NCBI RefSeq assembly: GCF_006345805.1
Contig: NC_043004.1
Span: forward strand, 55,366,001 to 55,430,000
DNA from: Octopus sinensis
Taxonomy: Eukaryota
DNA length: 64,000 nucleotides
Reading direction: 5' to 3'
Part shown: positions 27,101 to 40,357 of the stretch, in pieces
Position numbering within the stretch: position 1 is the first letter of the stretch
Layout of the letters: each line of letters begins with the position of its first letter
The notes under the pieces: generated by a model
What the model saw: the letters and a program-made list of their open reading frames with translations, nothing else
The model's database searches: none
What the model was told of the DNA's origin: nothing
Position numbers and translations under genes: made by a program

Positions 27101-28061
27101 TAATAATGAAACAACTTAGGCAATAAAAATATTCCTCGTAAGATTCCCTCTATACAATAAAGAAATATAATATAGGAGAGGGTATATAAAGTTCCTGACT
27201 TTGGGTATTATAAAATACAGGAGGGTCAGTTAATAAGGATTTTATTGAACATATTCCCCTCTCAGATCCACATACTTATTGCAGCGGTCCTTCAGTTTTT
27301 CTAAGCCCTGTAAAACAACTCAGAAGGTTGGACCTTCAACCAGGATCTTTTCAGCACCACATCGTATATTCAATATACTAGTTTCACTGCCAACACAACA
27401 CTACAGCATTATGGAAATATCAGCAGAATTAAACAATATATTTGCTCAGTTACAAATGAATAACACCATATTCGGAAGGAAATCCACTTGAATCGACCTC
27501 AGAAAAGAACAAGGCCTGAAGAGTCGCCATTATTTTTGTTCTAGTACATGCAATTCTTCAATGAATAAATGATTTTTTACACAGTCACAACAAGAATAGT
27601 CAATATATACAACATAAAGAAAGCATACATTAATTTAAGTGTACTACAAGGTAACAATGACAGGCCTGTTTTAACTTTTATGAGAATGACACAGAGGCTA
27701 AACAAATATAAATAGGATATAGCAGTCCTTTGCTGAATGTATCCCTCTTTCGGCCTGAAGGCATTTTGGGCGTACAACTGACTCGTTAATCTTGCTGCGA
27801 TAATTGGACGTTAAGTGAGTTCTCATTCCGTCTAAATACTCATTTTTGTCTTTTGGGTCAACTGATATTCCAAATTATACATTGGTAACGCAGGATTGGC
27901 CAAACAGTGGAGCCGACGTAGTAGCAAGACTATTAATACCCTAAGTTGTTGCTTTTGTACATACACATTGTGTGCATCACACTTACATGATGTAAATAAA
28001 CAAATACTAAAGGAAATACACATATATGTATGTATATATGTATATATGTATGTATATATAT

Positions 28062-28158
<97 letters not shown>

Positions 28159-28887
28159 AATATAAATAACAAAAAGGGACAACCAAACATCCAGATAGAC
28201 GATACAAAGTAAACAAGGACGGGTCACTCGAAGTTTTCTTTCTTTAGTCATGCACCAGATTATCCTCGCAATTTCGGCTGATTATTCTTGAGATTGCTCC
28301 AATCTGGCCAGCCCCAAGGAAAAACTAATCTAAGAGCATTAGATCCCTTATAAGAAAGCAGGGAATATGTACAAAAACAAGGACGGAAAAAACGGACAAT
28401 GTTACACAAATATAAATACAATAAAGATACAATAAAAATAACAACAGGACATAACTGTTTGACTAAGGACGAATTGAATTAAACTGGCACGTCTGGAAAT
28501 GATACAAAGATTTTGCAAACACAGGGAAAAATATCGATGTTGCACGGAGAACGGTCAGACTAAGAAAGAAAGAACAGGCTTAGCAGATCGGTCACGTGGG
28601 AAGAGAAGAGAGAGAAGTAGAAGCAGAGGGACAGGAGAATTAAGGAGGGGAGAGAAAAAAATGACAGGGATATAATGAAGTGAAAAGTGGAGGGAAAGTG
28701 AGTGAGAACAGAAAGCAAAGAAATGTGAGAGAGGGGAAACGAAAGAACGAAGAGTGGAATGAATGAATAAGCGTGAAAGGGCTGATGGAAATAGAGTCGT
28801 AAAAGATTTTGGAAAGTGTGTACTTACACATAAGAGAACAAAGTGTACGCATACCACTATATATATGTATATATGTATATATATATA

Positions 28888-28930
<43 letters not shown>

Positions 28931-29132
28931 TATATATGTATATATGTTCAGCTCCATTTCTTCAATTCACCAATAATGTTTTAATTTCAATTATCCGCAC
29001 CAACGCACGGTTGCAACGCCAGATGGTTGTACCTCCAACCGTGCTGTTTACTGCTGTGATTTTTGCTACTAAGGTATCGGTTAAACTTTTGATTAATCTA
29101 CTACAAGATTATTCATCTTTCTATTTCACATA

Positions 29133-29199
<67 letters not shown>

Positions 29200-29201
29200 A
29201 G

Positions 29202-29275
<74 letters not shown>

Positions 29276-29328
29276 ATATATATATATGTATGTTTATGCA
29301 TATATATATATATAGTGTAAGAACTTAC

Positions 29329-29496
29329 CATGGTCTTCATAATTCTGGAATGTGTAGATTATCTTGAGAATGAACGTGAATCTGTATCTCCACATGACAT
29401 ACACCGACACTGCGAGGACGAAGGACAATAATAATGGAATGGCGAGGAAACCCAAGTAACGCTTGTCCCATTCTTCTACTGTAGTCGGTGGTATTT
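29329..29496 (-). CDS. EGF-TM-TIR receptor, coding exon 2 (transmembrane helix); absent from the ORF track
   Basis: Acceptor tgcAG at 29497-29498, donor GTAAG at 29328. 168 nt encoding (E)[55 protein letters not shown]; in frame with exons 1 and 3. Confidence 0.9.
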
Positions 29497-30660
29497 CTGC
29501 AATGATTACAAGAATAAGGTTTTAGAAATCAACACATTTGTGTAAGTACTATACAGTGAAATCTAGATGAAAGAGTCGTCAGTGTCTGCGCGGAGGAAGT
29601 CTGAAGCTAAGAAATTAAGAGTAGCAAAGACTGTCCAATTGTTGAGAGGCTGGAAAATTGATATTTAGCCTTATATTTCCGTATAGCATAGTGGCTCTTA
29701 GACAGCACGTTGCAAGTGGTATCGACATGCATAGTACTTTTTATAATATAACCGAAGACTTCATAAATGCTTGAGATGGCACATGCCTAGAGGTTAGGAG
29801 TGCTGCATTTACGATCGCAAGATCGTGATTTCAGTTCCTGGGCGGGGTGGTGCGCAGTGCTCTCTTGAGCAAAACTCTTCATCCCATGTTGCTCTACGAT
29901 CACTTCGGCGTCTAACATATGCTACAGATTACACCGGTTCAGCAACATCGGTTTGATAAAGAGAGGATGCTAATGTGAAACACGAACATTTGATCAGTAA
30001 GAATAAATCATTTGGCAGGTTGTTCTACAAGAAATTTCAGAACCGTGTTTTTCTCGGACTTCAGGAGATTGCCTTCACTAATGCTTGAGTATCTTAAAAA
30101 TATCTTTTTATTTATAAAGCCGTTAAACACAAACAAACGCGTGGAAGATGGTTAGGGTACTCGGCCAAAGGTCGTGAGTTCGAGTACACTCAGCTGGCAA
30201 AAATGAGTCGCATCTGTAAACAACCTTGTCACATTCTATGTCATGTCGAGTCTCCATGAAAACTACGTTAAAGGCACACATGTTTGTGGAGTGCTCAATC
30301 ACTTGCACGTTAATTTCACGAGCAGAGAGAGAATAAAATTATACATTGTTATTTGATTCACTATCTGATAGGAGATGCCTTGCCTGTTTCTCCTACATAT
30401 ACCAACTTGTTGCTCCGTTTAACAAATGAAATACGTGTAATGGTGAATAAACAATACTAAAAGGTTTTGATAGGTAATTACTCTATCATGCTATTTTCCA
30501 GTATTTTTCAACACTTACGCATACCTCAAATAATTATAACATCAATATACAATTTTGCAGCACCGGAATTTGCAGATGTTCTTCATAAAGGTTAGCTTGG
30601 AATATAACCCTGTTTACACTACATAATATATGTATTTATACATACGTATATGTACACACA

Positions 30661-30734
<74 letters not shown>

Positions 30735-30960
30735 GACACAAACACACGCACGCACATATATCTATAAAATAAAATAAGGACATAATGAAAAAGTGATTAT
30801 ATCATTGGCTTAGCGCATAACAGTGACAGTATAGGTAAAGATTAAAAAAAATTTTTAAACATAATTATAAAATATAATTATAATTAAGGGCTACTGGATA
30901 TGACAAGCGGGATACAATGAAAGTAGATGTCAAATACCCGCAAACCACTCTAAAATGTGT

Positions 30961-30996
<36 letters not shown>

Positions 30997-30997
30997 G

Positions 30998-31047
<50 letters not shown>

Positions 31048-31104
31048 ATACATACATACATGCATACATACATACATGCATACATACATACATACATACA
31101 TACA

Positions 31105-31137
<33 letters not shown>

Positions 31138-32248
31138 GCATACATGCGTACATATTGGGGCTCTGGGATATGTAACACACTACTTAAAGTATCAATCTGC
31201 TTAAAGTACCAATCTTTCTCAAAACCAGAAAGGAGAAAACTATTTCGAAGACTACAAATCCAATCTATCACTGGAACGGTAAAAATCTGTGAAACCTTCC
31301 AGAAGTTTATCATCTAAATATATACATACATACATACATACATACATATACATACATATATATGTGTGGCATTGATTTCCGTTTACTGCAATATCTATAT
31401 AGTGAACCAGCAGCAGGTATTATCTGATTGAATATATCTCTGACCCGTGTACTTTTCATATAACATGTACTTTTCATATCACAAGTACGTGTACTTTTCA
31501 TATAACACTCAGCGTGACTCAGTATGACGTTTACAATTACGTCTACAATTCATCCGACCAGTTTCCTGATATATCCATCTCACCATTTCACATAAAAACT
31601 TTGTGCCGACTCGGGGCTTTTGTCCCTTAGATTACACGCCTTGCAGTGTTATTGAATACGAGCCTCATGATTGCAAACGAGATTCTTAATCTGTCAGCCG
31701 TACTGCATCTACTCACACACAGGAAAAGATATGCGTATCTGTATGCATATCTATTTCTTTACCACCCACAAGGGGACAAACACAGAGGGGACAAACAAGG
31801 ACAGACAAAAGGATTAAGTCGATTACATCGACCCCAGTGGGCAACTGGTACTTAATTTATCGACCCCGAAAGGATGAAAGGCAAAGTCGACCTCGGCGGA
31901 ATTTGAACTCACAACGTAACGACAGACGAAATACCGCTAAGCATTTCGCCCGGCGCGCTAACGTTTCTGTCAGCTCGCCGCCTGTATGCATATCCGTGTG
32001 AGTGTGCGTGTGCGTGTGTGCGTGTGTGGGTGCATGTGTGTGTATGTAGTATATGCACATAATCTTCCCTGCAGACGTTGACCACAACTATACAAACAAA
32101 ACAGCAATCTGTTAATCTGACCGATATTAAACGGCAATTGAAACACGTAGGCATTACTTCTTCCTCCCGTCTATACATATCATAAAGTACAATTCAATAT
32201 AAACTGTAATAAGATGTAATGATAATATTTTAAAAGACTTTCACTGAC

Positions 32249-32801
32249 CTTCTTCGGTGCAATTTGAATCTGGCTTATAATGGCCCTCACAGGCACATAT
32301 TTCCTCTCCACGGTGTAGGAAACATTCTCCATGTAAACAGTTGCGGGTACAACCTATATTACACGTCTCTCCAATCCAACCATCATCACATTGACATTTA
32401 GACCTCACATTATTGATTTTCTTACAAGAACCATGAACGCAAACCATTGCGTCGCACATTTCATGATTACATTTTTTTCCTGTATAGCCAGACTCACACT
32501 TGCATTCCATATTGCAACTTTCTGTATCAAATGTGCAGTTGCCGTGATTATGGCATGTGTCTGGCGTGCATTCATTTGTACAACGTTTGGGTGATTTTCT
32601 ATGTTGACAATGTTTTCCATCGACCTCCGGCGGACAGATGCATGCTGCTTTGCATTCACTATTTGGTTTACAGGTTCCTCCATTCTTGCATGGGTCATGA
32701 AACGAGCACACATTATAGGTACATATTGCCGTTTCATTAACAGGGAAACATGCAATAAAAGACAAAGAAAATATTAACAACTTTGCGGTTGACATTTCCA
32801 T
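32249..32801 (-). CDS. EGF-TM-TIR receptor, coding exon 1 (signal peptide and four EGF-like repeats)
   Basis: ATG at 32801 (MEMSTAKLLIFSLSFIACFP); CKNGGTC, CHNHGNC, CVHGSC, CLHGEC with C-x-C-x2-G-aromatic-x-G-x2-C ends; donor GTCAGT at 32248. Candidate upstream acceptors at 32826 and 32849 imply a further 5' UTR exon. Confidence 0.9.
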
Positions 32802-33139
32802 CTTGAATTTTGGTTTTGAATATTTCTGCAAGACTGAGATTGAGAAATCTGAAAGAAGGAAAATATATATATATATATTATATTAAATTAGAGATAAAAC
32901 CACTATTAGGCAAATCATACAATGAAAAACTCAAGCCAATACATAAGATTAAGGTACTGGAATATCCTTCAATGATGAATTCCAAAATAGCGGTTCTATT
33001 TTACCTGTAAATTCCATAATTTACGAAGTTGAGATATTACACTCAATATACGTAATTTATCAATATATTAATTAATAATAAAATATTAGGGAATAAATCC
33101 AAACTTACAGGGAAGAATCCAATTTTATAGTAAAATATT

Positions 33140-33183
<44 letters not shown>

Positions 33184-33376
33184 ATATTATATATATATAT
33201 AGTTAATCCAAACATGAAAACACTAAGAGAACGTGGAACAAGTATACTGTTAATGGACACTCAGGAAAAAAAGAAATAAGGAGGATTTAACGTCTCGAGC
33301 GGAGCTCTTCGTCAGAAAGATAGAAAAAGGAAAGATCCAAGGAAGGGGAGACGGAGGAAAAAAATCGCCAACGAAT

Positions 33377-33422
<46 letters not shown>

Positions 33423-33439
33423 CACATACATACATAGAT

Positions 33440-33790
33440 AAATTATTATTATTATGGCTGCCCCCTCGTTATCAAGTATGGCCATTGCAGGAAGCTTAAC
33501 TGTTACTGGTGCTGTGATCGAATGTGACTTTTTAGCCCAGCTAAAGATCTACAATGTCTTGTACAGAATTGGCAACTAAAACCTTTAACGGTAATAGCCG
33601 GCTGTAGTTGTAACTGGGCTTCATGTACCTTTGCATGTCGTTTAAGCCCTCCTGCCGAATTACACTCTCTTCCACATGCCCAACAGATATGATTAGTATG
33701 GTGTGTTACACCACCACCAATGGCCAGGTTATCACTCATCTGTCTCGTTTTATGACTACGAAGATGACTCTTGAGTCCAGCTTTACGTAG
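33440..33790 (-). mobile_element. 3' end of an RTE-type retrotransposon with C2H2-like zinc fingers
   Basis: CWACGRECNSAGGLKRHAKVH and CQFCTRHCRSLAGLKSHIRSQH, then stop, short UTR and (TAA) tail; the 5' side is cut by microsatellite. Confidence 0.65.
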
Positions 33791-33844
33791 ATACATATAT
33801 ACATACATACATACACACACACATACACACACACACACACACAC

Positions 33845-33885
<41 letters not shown>

Positions 33886-35076
33886 TGTATCCCAGCATGG
33901 TCGTAGTCTAATGAATGAAACGAGCAAAATAAAAATGTTCACATTAAGGTGGTAAGTTGGCAGAAGCGTTTGCATGCCGGACGAGATGCTTAGCGGTATT
34001 TCGTCCGTCTTGACGTTCTGAGTTTAAATTCCACCGAGGTTGACTTTGCCTTTCACCTTTTGGGATCGATAAAATAAGCACCTGTTGAGCACCGGGCTCA
34101 ATGTAATCGCTGGTTTTGTGCCCAAATTTGAAACCAATATATGTTAATATTGCAAAAGTAACAGTAGTAGTGGTATGTACCCATACCACTACTCTGTAGC
34201 AGGACGTCACCGCATGAGGATTCCCTACGTAGATGACGCCTTTGCACCTCTCAAGCGACAACTCTCCAATGCATGGGTCTATTTGGGTACTAGAGAGGGT
34301 TTTACGAGGCCGGAGTGCAAATCCAACCTCAACCGCTTTTAGCTGTCTCTTACAAGCAGAGCAAGTGTTGGGATTATTCTTTTGCATGCCAATCCTATGA
34401 AGCACTAGAGCAACGTGAAATGAAGTATTTTACTTAAGAACACAACTTGCTACCGGGACCGCTGCCCGAAACCACGACCTTGTGATCGTGACTGCAACAC
34501 TCTAACCACTAGGTCCTTAGCCTTCAATACATTGCCAAAGGCTGAGAAGTAAATCAAGCAGGAAGAATATGGGCTTCTATTGGTAAGGAAAACAAGCGAC
34601 AATATAATCCAAGTACTTGTATTTTATTGCCATTTGAGTATGCATAAATGCTTTTCTACTCTAGGCACAAGGCCCGAAGTTTTCGGATAGGGACAAGTCG
34701 ATTAGATCGACCCCAGTACGCAACTAGTACTTAATTTATCGACACCGAAGGGTGAAAAGCAAACTCGACCTCGGTAGAATTTGAGCTCAGAACATAAAGA
34801 CAGACGAAATAAGCATTTCGCCCGGCGTGCTAACGTTTCTGCCAGCTCGACAACTTATGAGTATGGATAAATTGATAGATGAAGAGAGATACTTAACGTC
34901 GCAAAGTTAAGAGGACAATGAGTTTAGCTCACGTCAAGGGTTTGTAACTGAAACTGAGAATATAACTAATTTCTGTAACTTTGTATTCTTAACTGGCACG
35001 TATTTCCGTTCTATTCTTATATTAAAATAGGATTGCCAAAATTTACTTTAAACAATTAACACAAATGTTTAGTTTC

Positions 35077-35116
<40 letters not shown>

Positions 35117-35130
35117 ATAATATATATATA

Positions 35131-35269
35131 TTTATTTATTTTATAGAAGGAGCTTCTACAGGACTAGAACTGTTTCATTCAAAAGAAATCATCAGGAAGC
35201 TCTGATGATTTCTTTTGAATGAAAACGGTTCTAGTCCTGTAGAAGCTCCTTCTATAAAATAAAATAAAT
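35131..35269. repeat. 139-bp near-perfect palindrome in (TA)n
   Basis: ttttatagaaggagcttctacaggactagaac...atcatcag gaagct ctgatgat...gttctagtcctgtagaagctccttctataaaa. Confidence 0.9.
35150..35202 (-). ncRNA. Type I hammerhead ribozyme motif with canonical core
   Basis: Minus strand GAGCTTC CTGATGA T-TTC-TTTT-GAA-T GAA ACAG-ttctagtc-CTGT A GAAGCTC: 7-bp stem I, 4-bp stem III, GUA triplet; stem II short with a U-U at its base. Confidence 0.75.
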
Positions 35270-35360
35270 TAATTTACTCTGCTATGTATTGAGTACCTTA
35301 TTTACTGTGGTTAACCCCGACTCAACCCGGGACGTACATATATATATATATATATATATA

Positions 35361-38300
35361 CATTATATAAAAGGGCTTAGTAAAATAAATTACTTTGCCG
35401 CATACTGAACTCATTAGAAATAGCAGCTAAAAAACTTTTTTAAGGCTATTTCTAATACTTAAAGAAAATCTCTCTCATATATAGTGTTTGCATAATTTAA
35501 CTCACAAAAGTTTGGGGGTAATGACATCGAAAAATCAAATGCTAAGGTTATTCGAGAACGTACGTTTCAAGATTAGTCAAAACAACATTTCTATCATCGG
35601 CTCGGAAATTCCTTGGTTTGGATTTGGAACACTGAAAATAAGAACATACCCTCTCGAAGATCTGCTCCCAACTAACAGTGTCAACAAATTCAAAATAAGC
35701 AAGCGAAGAATCTCTGTTCTCCCCTTTCCACCAGCGTGGGTTAAAATCATCAAACTCTATGCTTATTTCGGTAAAGTCCGAAGCATTAATCAGAGGGAGA
35801 TTAATTATAATTTCAACAATTGAGGGCAAAATTAATTAATTATTAATCAATTTCACCAGTGTTCAGTATGCAAGGGACCATTCAAGGCTAATTCAAATTA
35901 TTACATTATATAAAAGGGCTTAGTAAAATAAATTACTTTGCCGCATACTGAACTCATTAGAAATAGCAGCTAAAAAACTTTTTTAAGGCTATTTCTAATA
36001 CTTAAAAAATCTCTCTCATATATAGTGTTTGCATAATTTAACTCACAAAAGTTTGGGGGTAATGACATCGAAAAATCAAATGCTAAGGTTATTCGAGAAC
36101 GTACGTTTCAAGATTAGTCAAAACAACATTTCTATCATCGGCTCGGAAATTCCTTGGTTTGGATTTGGAAACACTGAAAATAAGAACATACCCTCTCGAA
36201 GATCTGCTCCCAACTAACAGTGTCAACAAATTCAAAATAAGCAAGCGAAGAATCTCTGTTCTCCCCTTTCCACCAGCGTGGGTTAAAATCATCAAACTCT
36301 ATGCTTATTTCGGTAAAGTCCGAAGCATTAATCAGAGGAGATTAATTATAATTTCAACAATTGAGGGCAAAATTAATTAATTATTAATCAATTTCACCAA
36401 GTGTTCAGTATGCAAGGGACCATTCAAGGCTAATTCAAATTATTACATTATATAAAAGGGCTTAGTAAAATAAATTACTTTGCCGCATACTGAACTCATT
36501 AGAAATAGCAGCTAAAAAACTTTTTTAAGGCTATTTCTAATACTTAAGAAAATCTCTCTCATATATAGTGTTTGCATAATTTAACTCACAAAAGTTTGGG
36601 GGTAATGACATCGAAAAATCAAATGCTAAGGTTATTCGAGAACGTACGTTTCAAGATTAGTCAAAACAACATTTCTATCATCGGCTCGAAATTCCTTGGT
36701 TTGGATTTGAAACACTGAAAATAAGAACATACCCTCTCGAAGATCTGCTCCCAACTAACAGTGTCAACAATTCAAAATAAGCAAGCGAAGAATCTCTGTT
36801 CTCCCCCTTCCACCAGCGTGGGTTAAAATCATCAACTCTATGCTTATTTCGGTAAAGTCCGAAGCATTAATCAGAGGAGATTAATTATAATTTCAACAAT
36901 TGAGGGCAAAATTAATTAATTATTAATCAATTTCACCAAGTGTTCAGTATGCAAAGGGACCATTCAAGGCTAATTCAAATTATTACATTATATAAAAGGG
37001 CTTAGTAAAATAAATTACTTTGCCGCATACTGAACTCATTAGAAATAGCAGCTAAAAAACTTTTTTAAGGCTATTTCTAATACTTAAAGAAAATCTCTCT
37101 CATATATAGTGTTTGCATAATTTAACTCACAAAAGTTTGGGGGTAATGACATCGAAAAATCAAATGCTAAGGTTGAAAGGGGAGAACAGAGATTCTTCGC
37201 TTGCTTATTTTGAATTTGTTGACACTGTTAGTTGGGAGCAGATCTTCGAGAGGGTATGTTCTTATTTTCAGTGTTTCCAAATCCAAACCAAGGAATTTCC
37301 GAGCCGATGATAGAAATGTTGTTTTGACTAATCTTGAAACGTACGTTCTCGAATAACCTTAGCATTTGATTTTTCGATGTCATTACCCCCAAACTTTTGT
37401 GAGTTAAATTATGCAAACACTATATATGAGAGAGATTTTCTTTAAGTATTAGAAATAGCCTTAAAAAAGTTTTTTAGCTGCTATTTCTAATGAGTTCAGT
37501 ATGCGGCAAAGTAATTTATTTTACTAAGCCCTTTTATATAATGTAATAATTTGAATTAGCCTTGAATGGTCCCTTTGCATACTGAACACTTGGTGAAATT
37601 GATTAATAATTAATTAATTTTGCCCTCAATTGTTGAAATTATAATTAATCTCCCTCTGATTAATGCTTCGGACTTTACCGAAATAAGCATAGAGTTTGAT
37701 GATTTTAACCCACGCTGGTGGAAAGGGGAGAACAGATTCTTCGCTTGCTTATTTTGAATTTGTTGACACTGTTAGTTGGGAGCAGATCTTCGAGAGGGTA
37801 TGTTCTTATTTTCAGTGTTTCCAAATCCAAACCAAGGAATTTCCGAGCCGATGATAGAAATGTTGTTTTGACTAATCTTGAAACGTACGTTCTCGAATAA
37901 CCTTAGCATTTGATTTTTCGATGTCATTACCCCCAAACTTTTGTGAGTTAAATTATGCAAACACTATATATGAGAGAGATTTCCTTAAGTATTAGAAATA
38001 GCCTTAAAAAAGTTTTTTAGCTGCTATTTCTAATGAGTTCAGTATGCGGCAAAGTAATTTATTTTACTAAGCCCTTTTATATAATGTAATAATTTGAATT
38101 AGCCTTGAATGGTCCCTTTGCATACTGAACACTTGGTGAAATTGATTAATAATTAATTAATTTTGCCCTCAATTGTTGAAATTATAATTAATCTCCCTCT
38201 GATTAATGCTTCGGACTTTACCGAAATAAGCATAGAGTTTGATGATTTTAACCCACGCTGGTGGAAAGGGGAGAACAGAGATTCTTCGCTTGCTTATTTT

Positions 38301-40357
38301 GAATTTGTTGACACTGTTAGTTGGGAGCAGATCTTCGAGAGGGTATGTTCTTATTTTCAGTGTTTCCAAATCCAAACCAAGGAATTTCCGAGCCGATGAT
38401 AGAAATGTTGTTTTGACTAATCTTGAAACGTACGTTCTCGAATAACCTTAGCATTTGATTTTTCGATGTCATTACCCCCAAACTTTTGTGAGTTAAATTG
38501 CAAACACTATATATGAGAGAGATTTTCTTTAAGTATTAGAAATAGCCTTAAAAAAGTTTTTAGCTGCTATTTCTAATGATTTCAGTATGCGGCAAAGTAA
38601 TTTATTTTACTAAGCCCTTTTATATAATGTAATAATTTGAATTAGCCTTGAATGGTCCCTTTGCATACTGAACACTTGGTGAAATTGATTAATAATTAAT
38701 TAATTTTGCCCTCAATTGTTGAAATTATAATTAATCTCCCTCTGATTAATGCTTCGGACTTTACCGAATAAGCATAGAGTTGATGATTTTAACCCACGCT
38801 GGTGGAAAGGGGAGAACAGAGATTCTTCGCTTGCTTATTTTGAATTTGTTGACACTGTTAGTTGGGAGCAGATCTTCGAGAGGGTATGTTCTTATTTTCA
38901 GTGTTTCAAATCCAAACCAAGAATTTCCGAGCCGATGATAGAAATGTTGTTTTGACTAATCTTGAAACGTACGTTCTCGAATAACCTTAGCATTTGATTT
39001 TTCGATGTCATTACCCCCAAACTTTTGTGAGTTAAATTATGCAAACACTATATATGAGAGAGATTTTCTTTAAGTATTAGAAATAGCCTTAAAAAAGTTT
39101 TTTAGCTGCTATTTCTAATGAGTTCAGTATGCGGCAAAGTAATTTATTTTACTAAGCCCTTTTATATAATGTAATAATTTGAATTAGCCTTGAATGGTCC
39201 CTTTGCATACTGAACACTTGGTGAAATTGATTAATAATTAATTAATTTTGCCCTCAATTGTTGAAATTATAATTAATCTCCCTCTGATTAATGCTTCGGA
39301 CTTTACCGAAATAAGCATAGAGTTTGATGATTTTAACCCACGCTGGTGGAAAGGGGAGAACAGAGATTCTTCGCTTGCTTATTTTGAATTTGTTGACACT
39401 GTTAGTTGGGAGCAGATCTTCGAGAGGGTATGTTCTTATTTTCAGTGTTTCCAAATCCAAACCAAGGAATTTCCGAGCCGATGATAGAAATGTTGTTTTG
39501 ACTAATCTTGAAACGTACGTTCTCGAATAACCTTAGCATTTGATTTTTCGATGTCATTACCCCCAAACTTTTGTGAGTTAAATTATGCAAACACTATATA
39601 TGAGAGAGATTTTCTTTAAGTATTAGAAATAGCCTTAAAAAAGTTTTTTAGCTGCTATTTCTAATGAGTTCAGTATGCGGCAAAGTAATTTATTTTACTA
39701 AGCCCTTTTATATAATGTAATATTTGAATTAGCCTTGAATGGTCCCTTTGCATACTGAACACTTGGTGAAATTGATTAATAATTAATTAATTTTGCCCTC
39801 AATTGTTGAAATTATAATTAATCTCCCTCTGATTAATGCTTCGGACTTTACCGAAATAAGCATAGAGTTTGATGATTTTAACCCACGCTGGTGGAAAGGG
39901 GAGAACAGAGATTCTTCGCTTGCTTATTTTGAATTTGTTGACACTGTTAGTTGGGAGCAGATCTTCGAGAGGGTATGTTCTTATTTTCAGTGTTTCCAAA
40001 TCCAAACCAAGGAATTTCCGAGCCGATGATAGAAATGTTGTTTTGACTAATCTTGAAACGTACGTTCTCGAATAACCTTAGCATTTGATTTTTCGATGTC
40101 ATTACCCCCAAACTTTTGTGAGTTAAATTATGCAAACACTATATATGAGAGAGATTTTCTTTAAGTATTAGAAATAGCCTTAAAAAAGTTTTTTAGCTGC
40201 TATTTCTAATGAGTTCAGTATGCGGCAAAGTAATTTATTTTACTAAGCCCTTTTATATAATGTAATATTTGAATTAGCCTTGAATGGTCCCTTTGCATAC
40301 TGAACACTTGGTGAAATTGATTAATAATTAATTAATTTTGCCCTCAATTGTTGAAAT

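Noticed and set aside
32802-32831. N-terminal MQKYSKPKFK extension of the EGF ORF
   Set aside because: It starts at TTG overlapping a splice acceptor; the first ATG (32801) gives a normal signal peptide.
35488-40135. Repeated 60-110-aa ORFs (MHNLTHKSLG..., MPSIVEIIIN...) in the satellite
   Set aside because: They occur on both strands, change frame with 1-nt indels between units, use non-ATG starts and have no recognisable domain.
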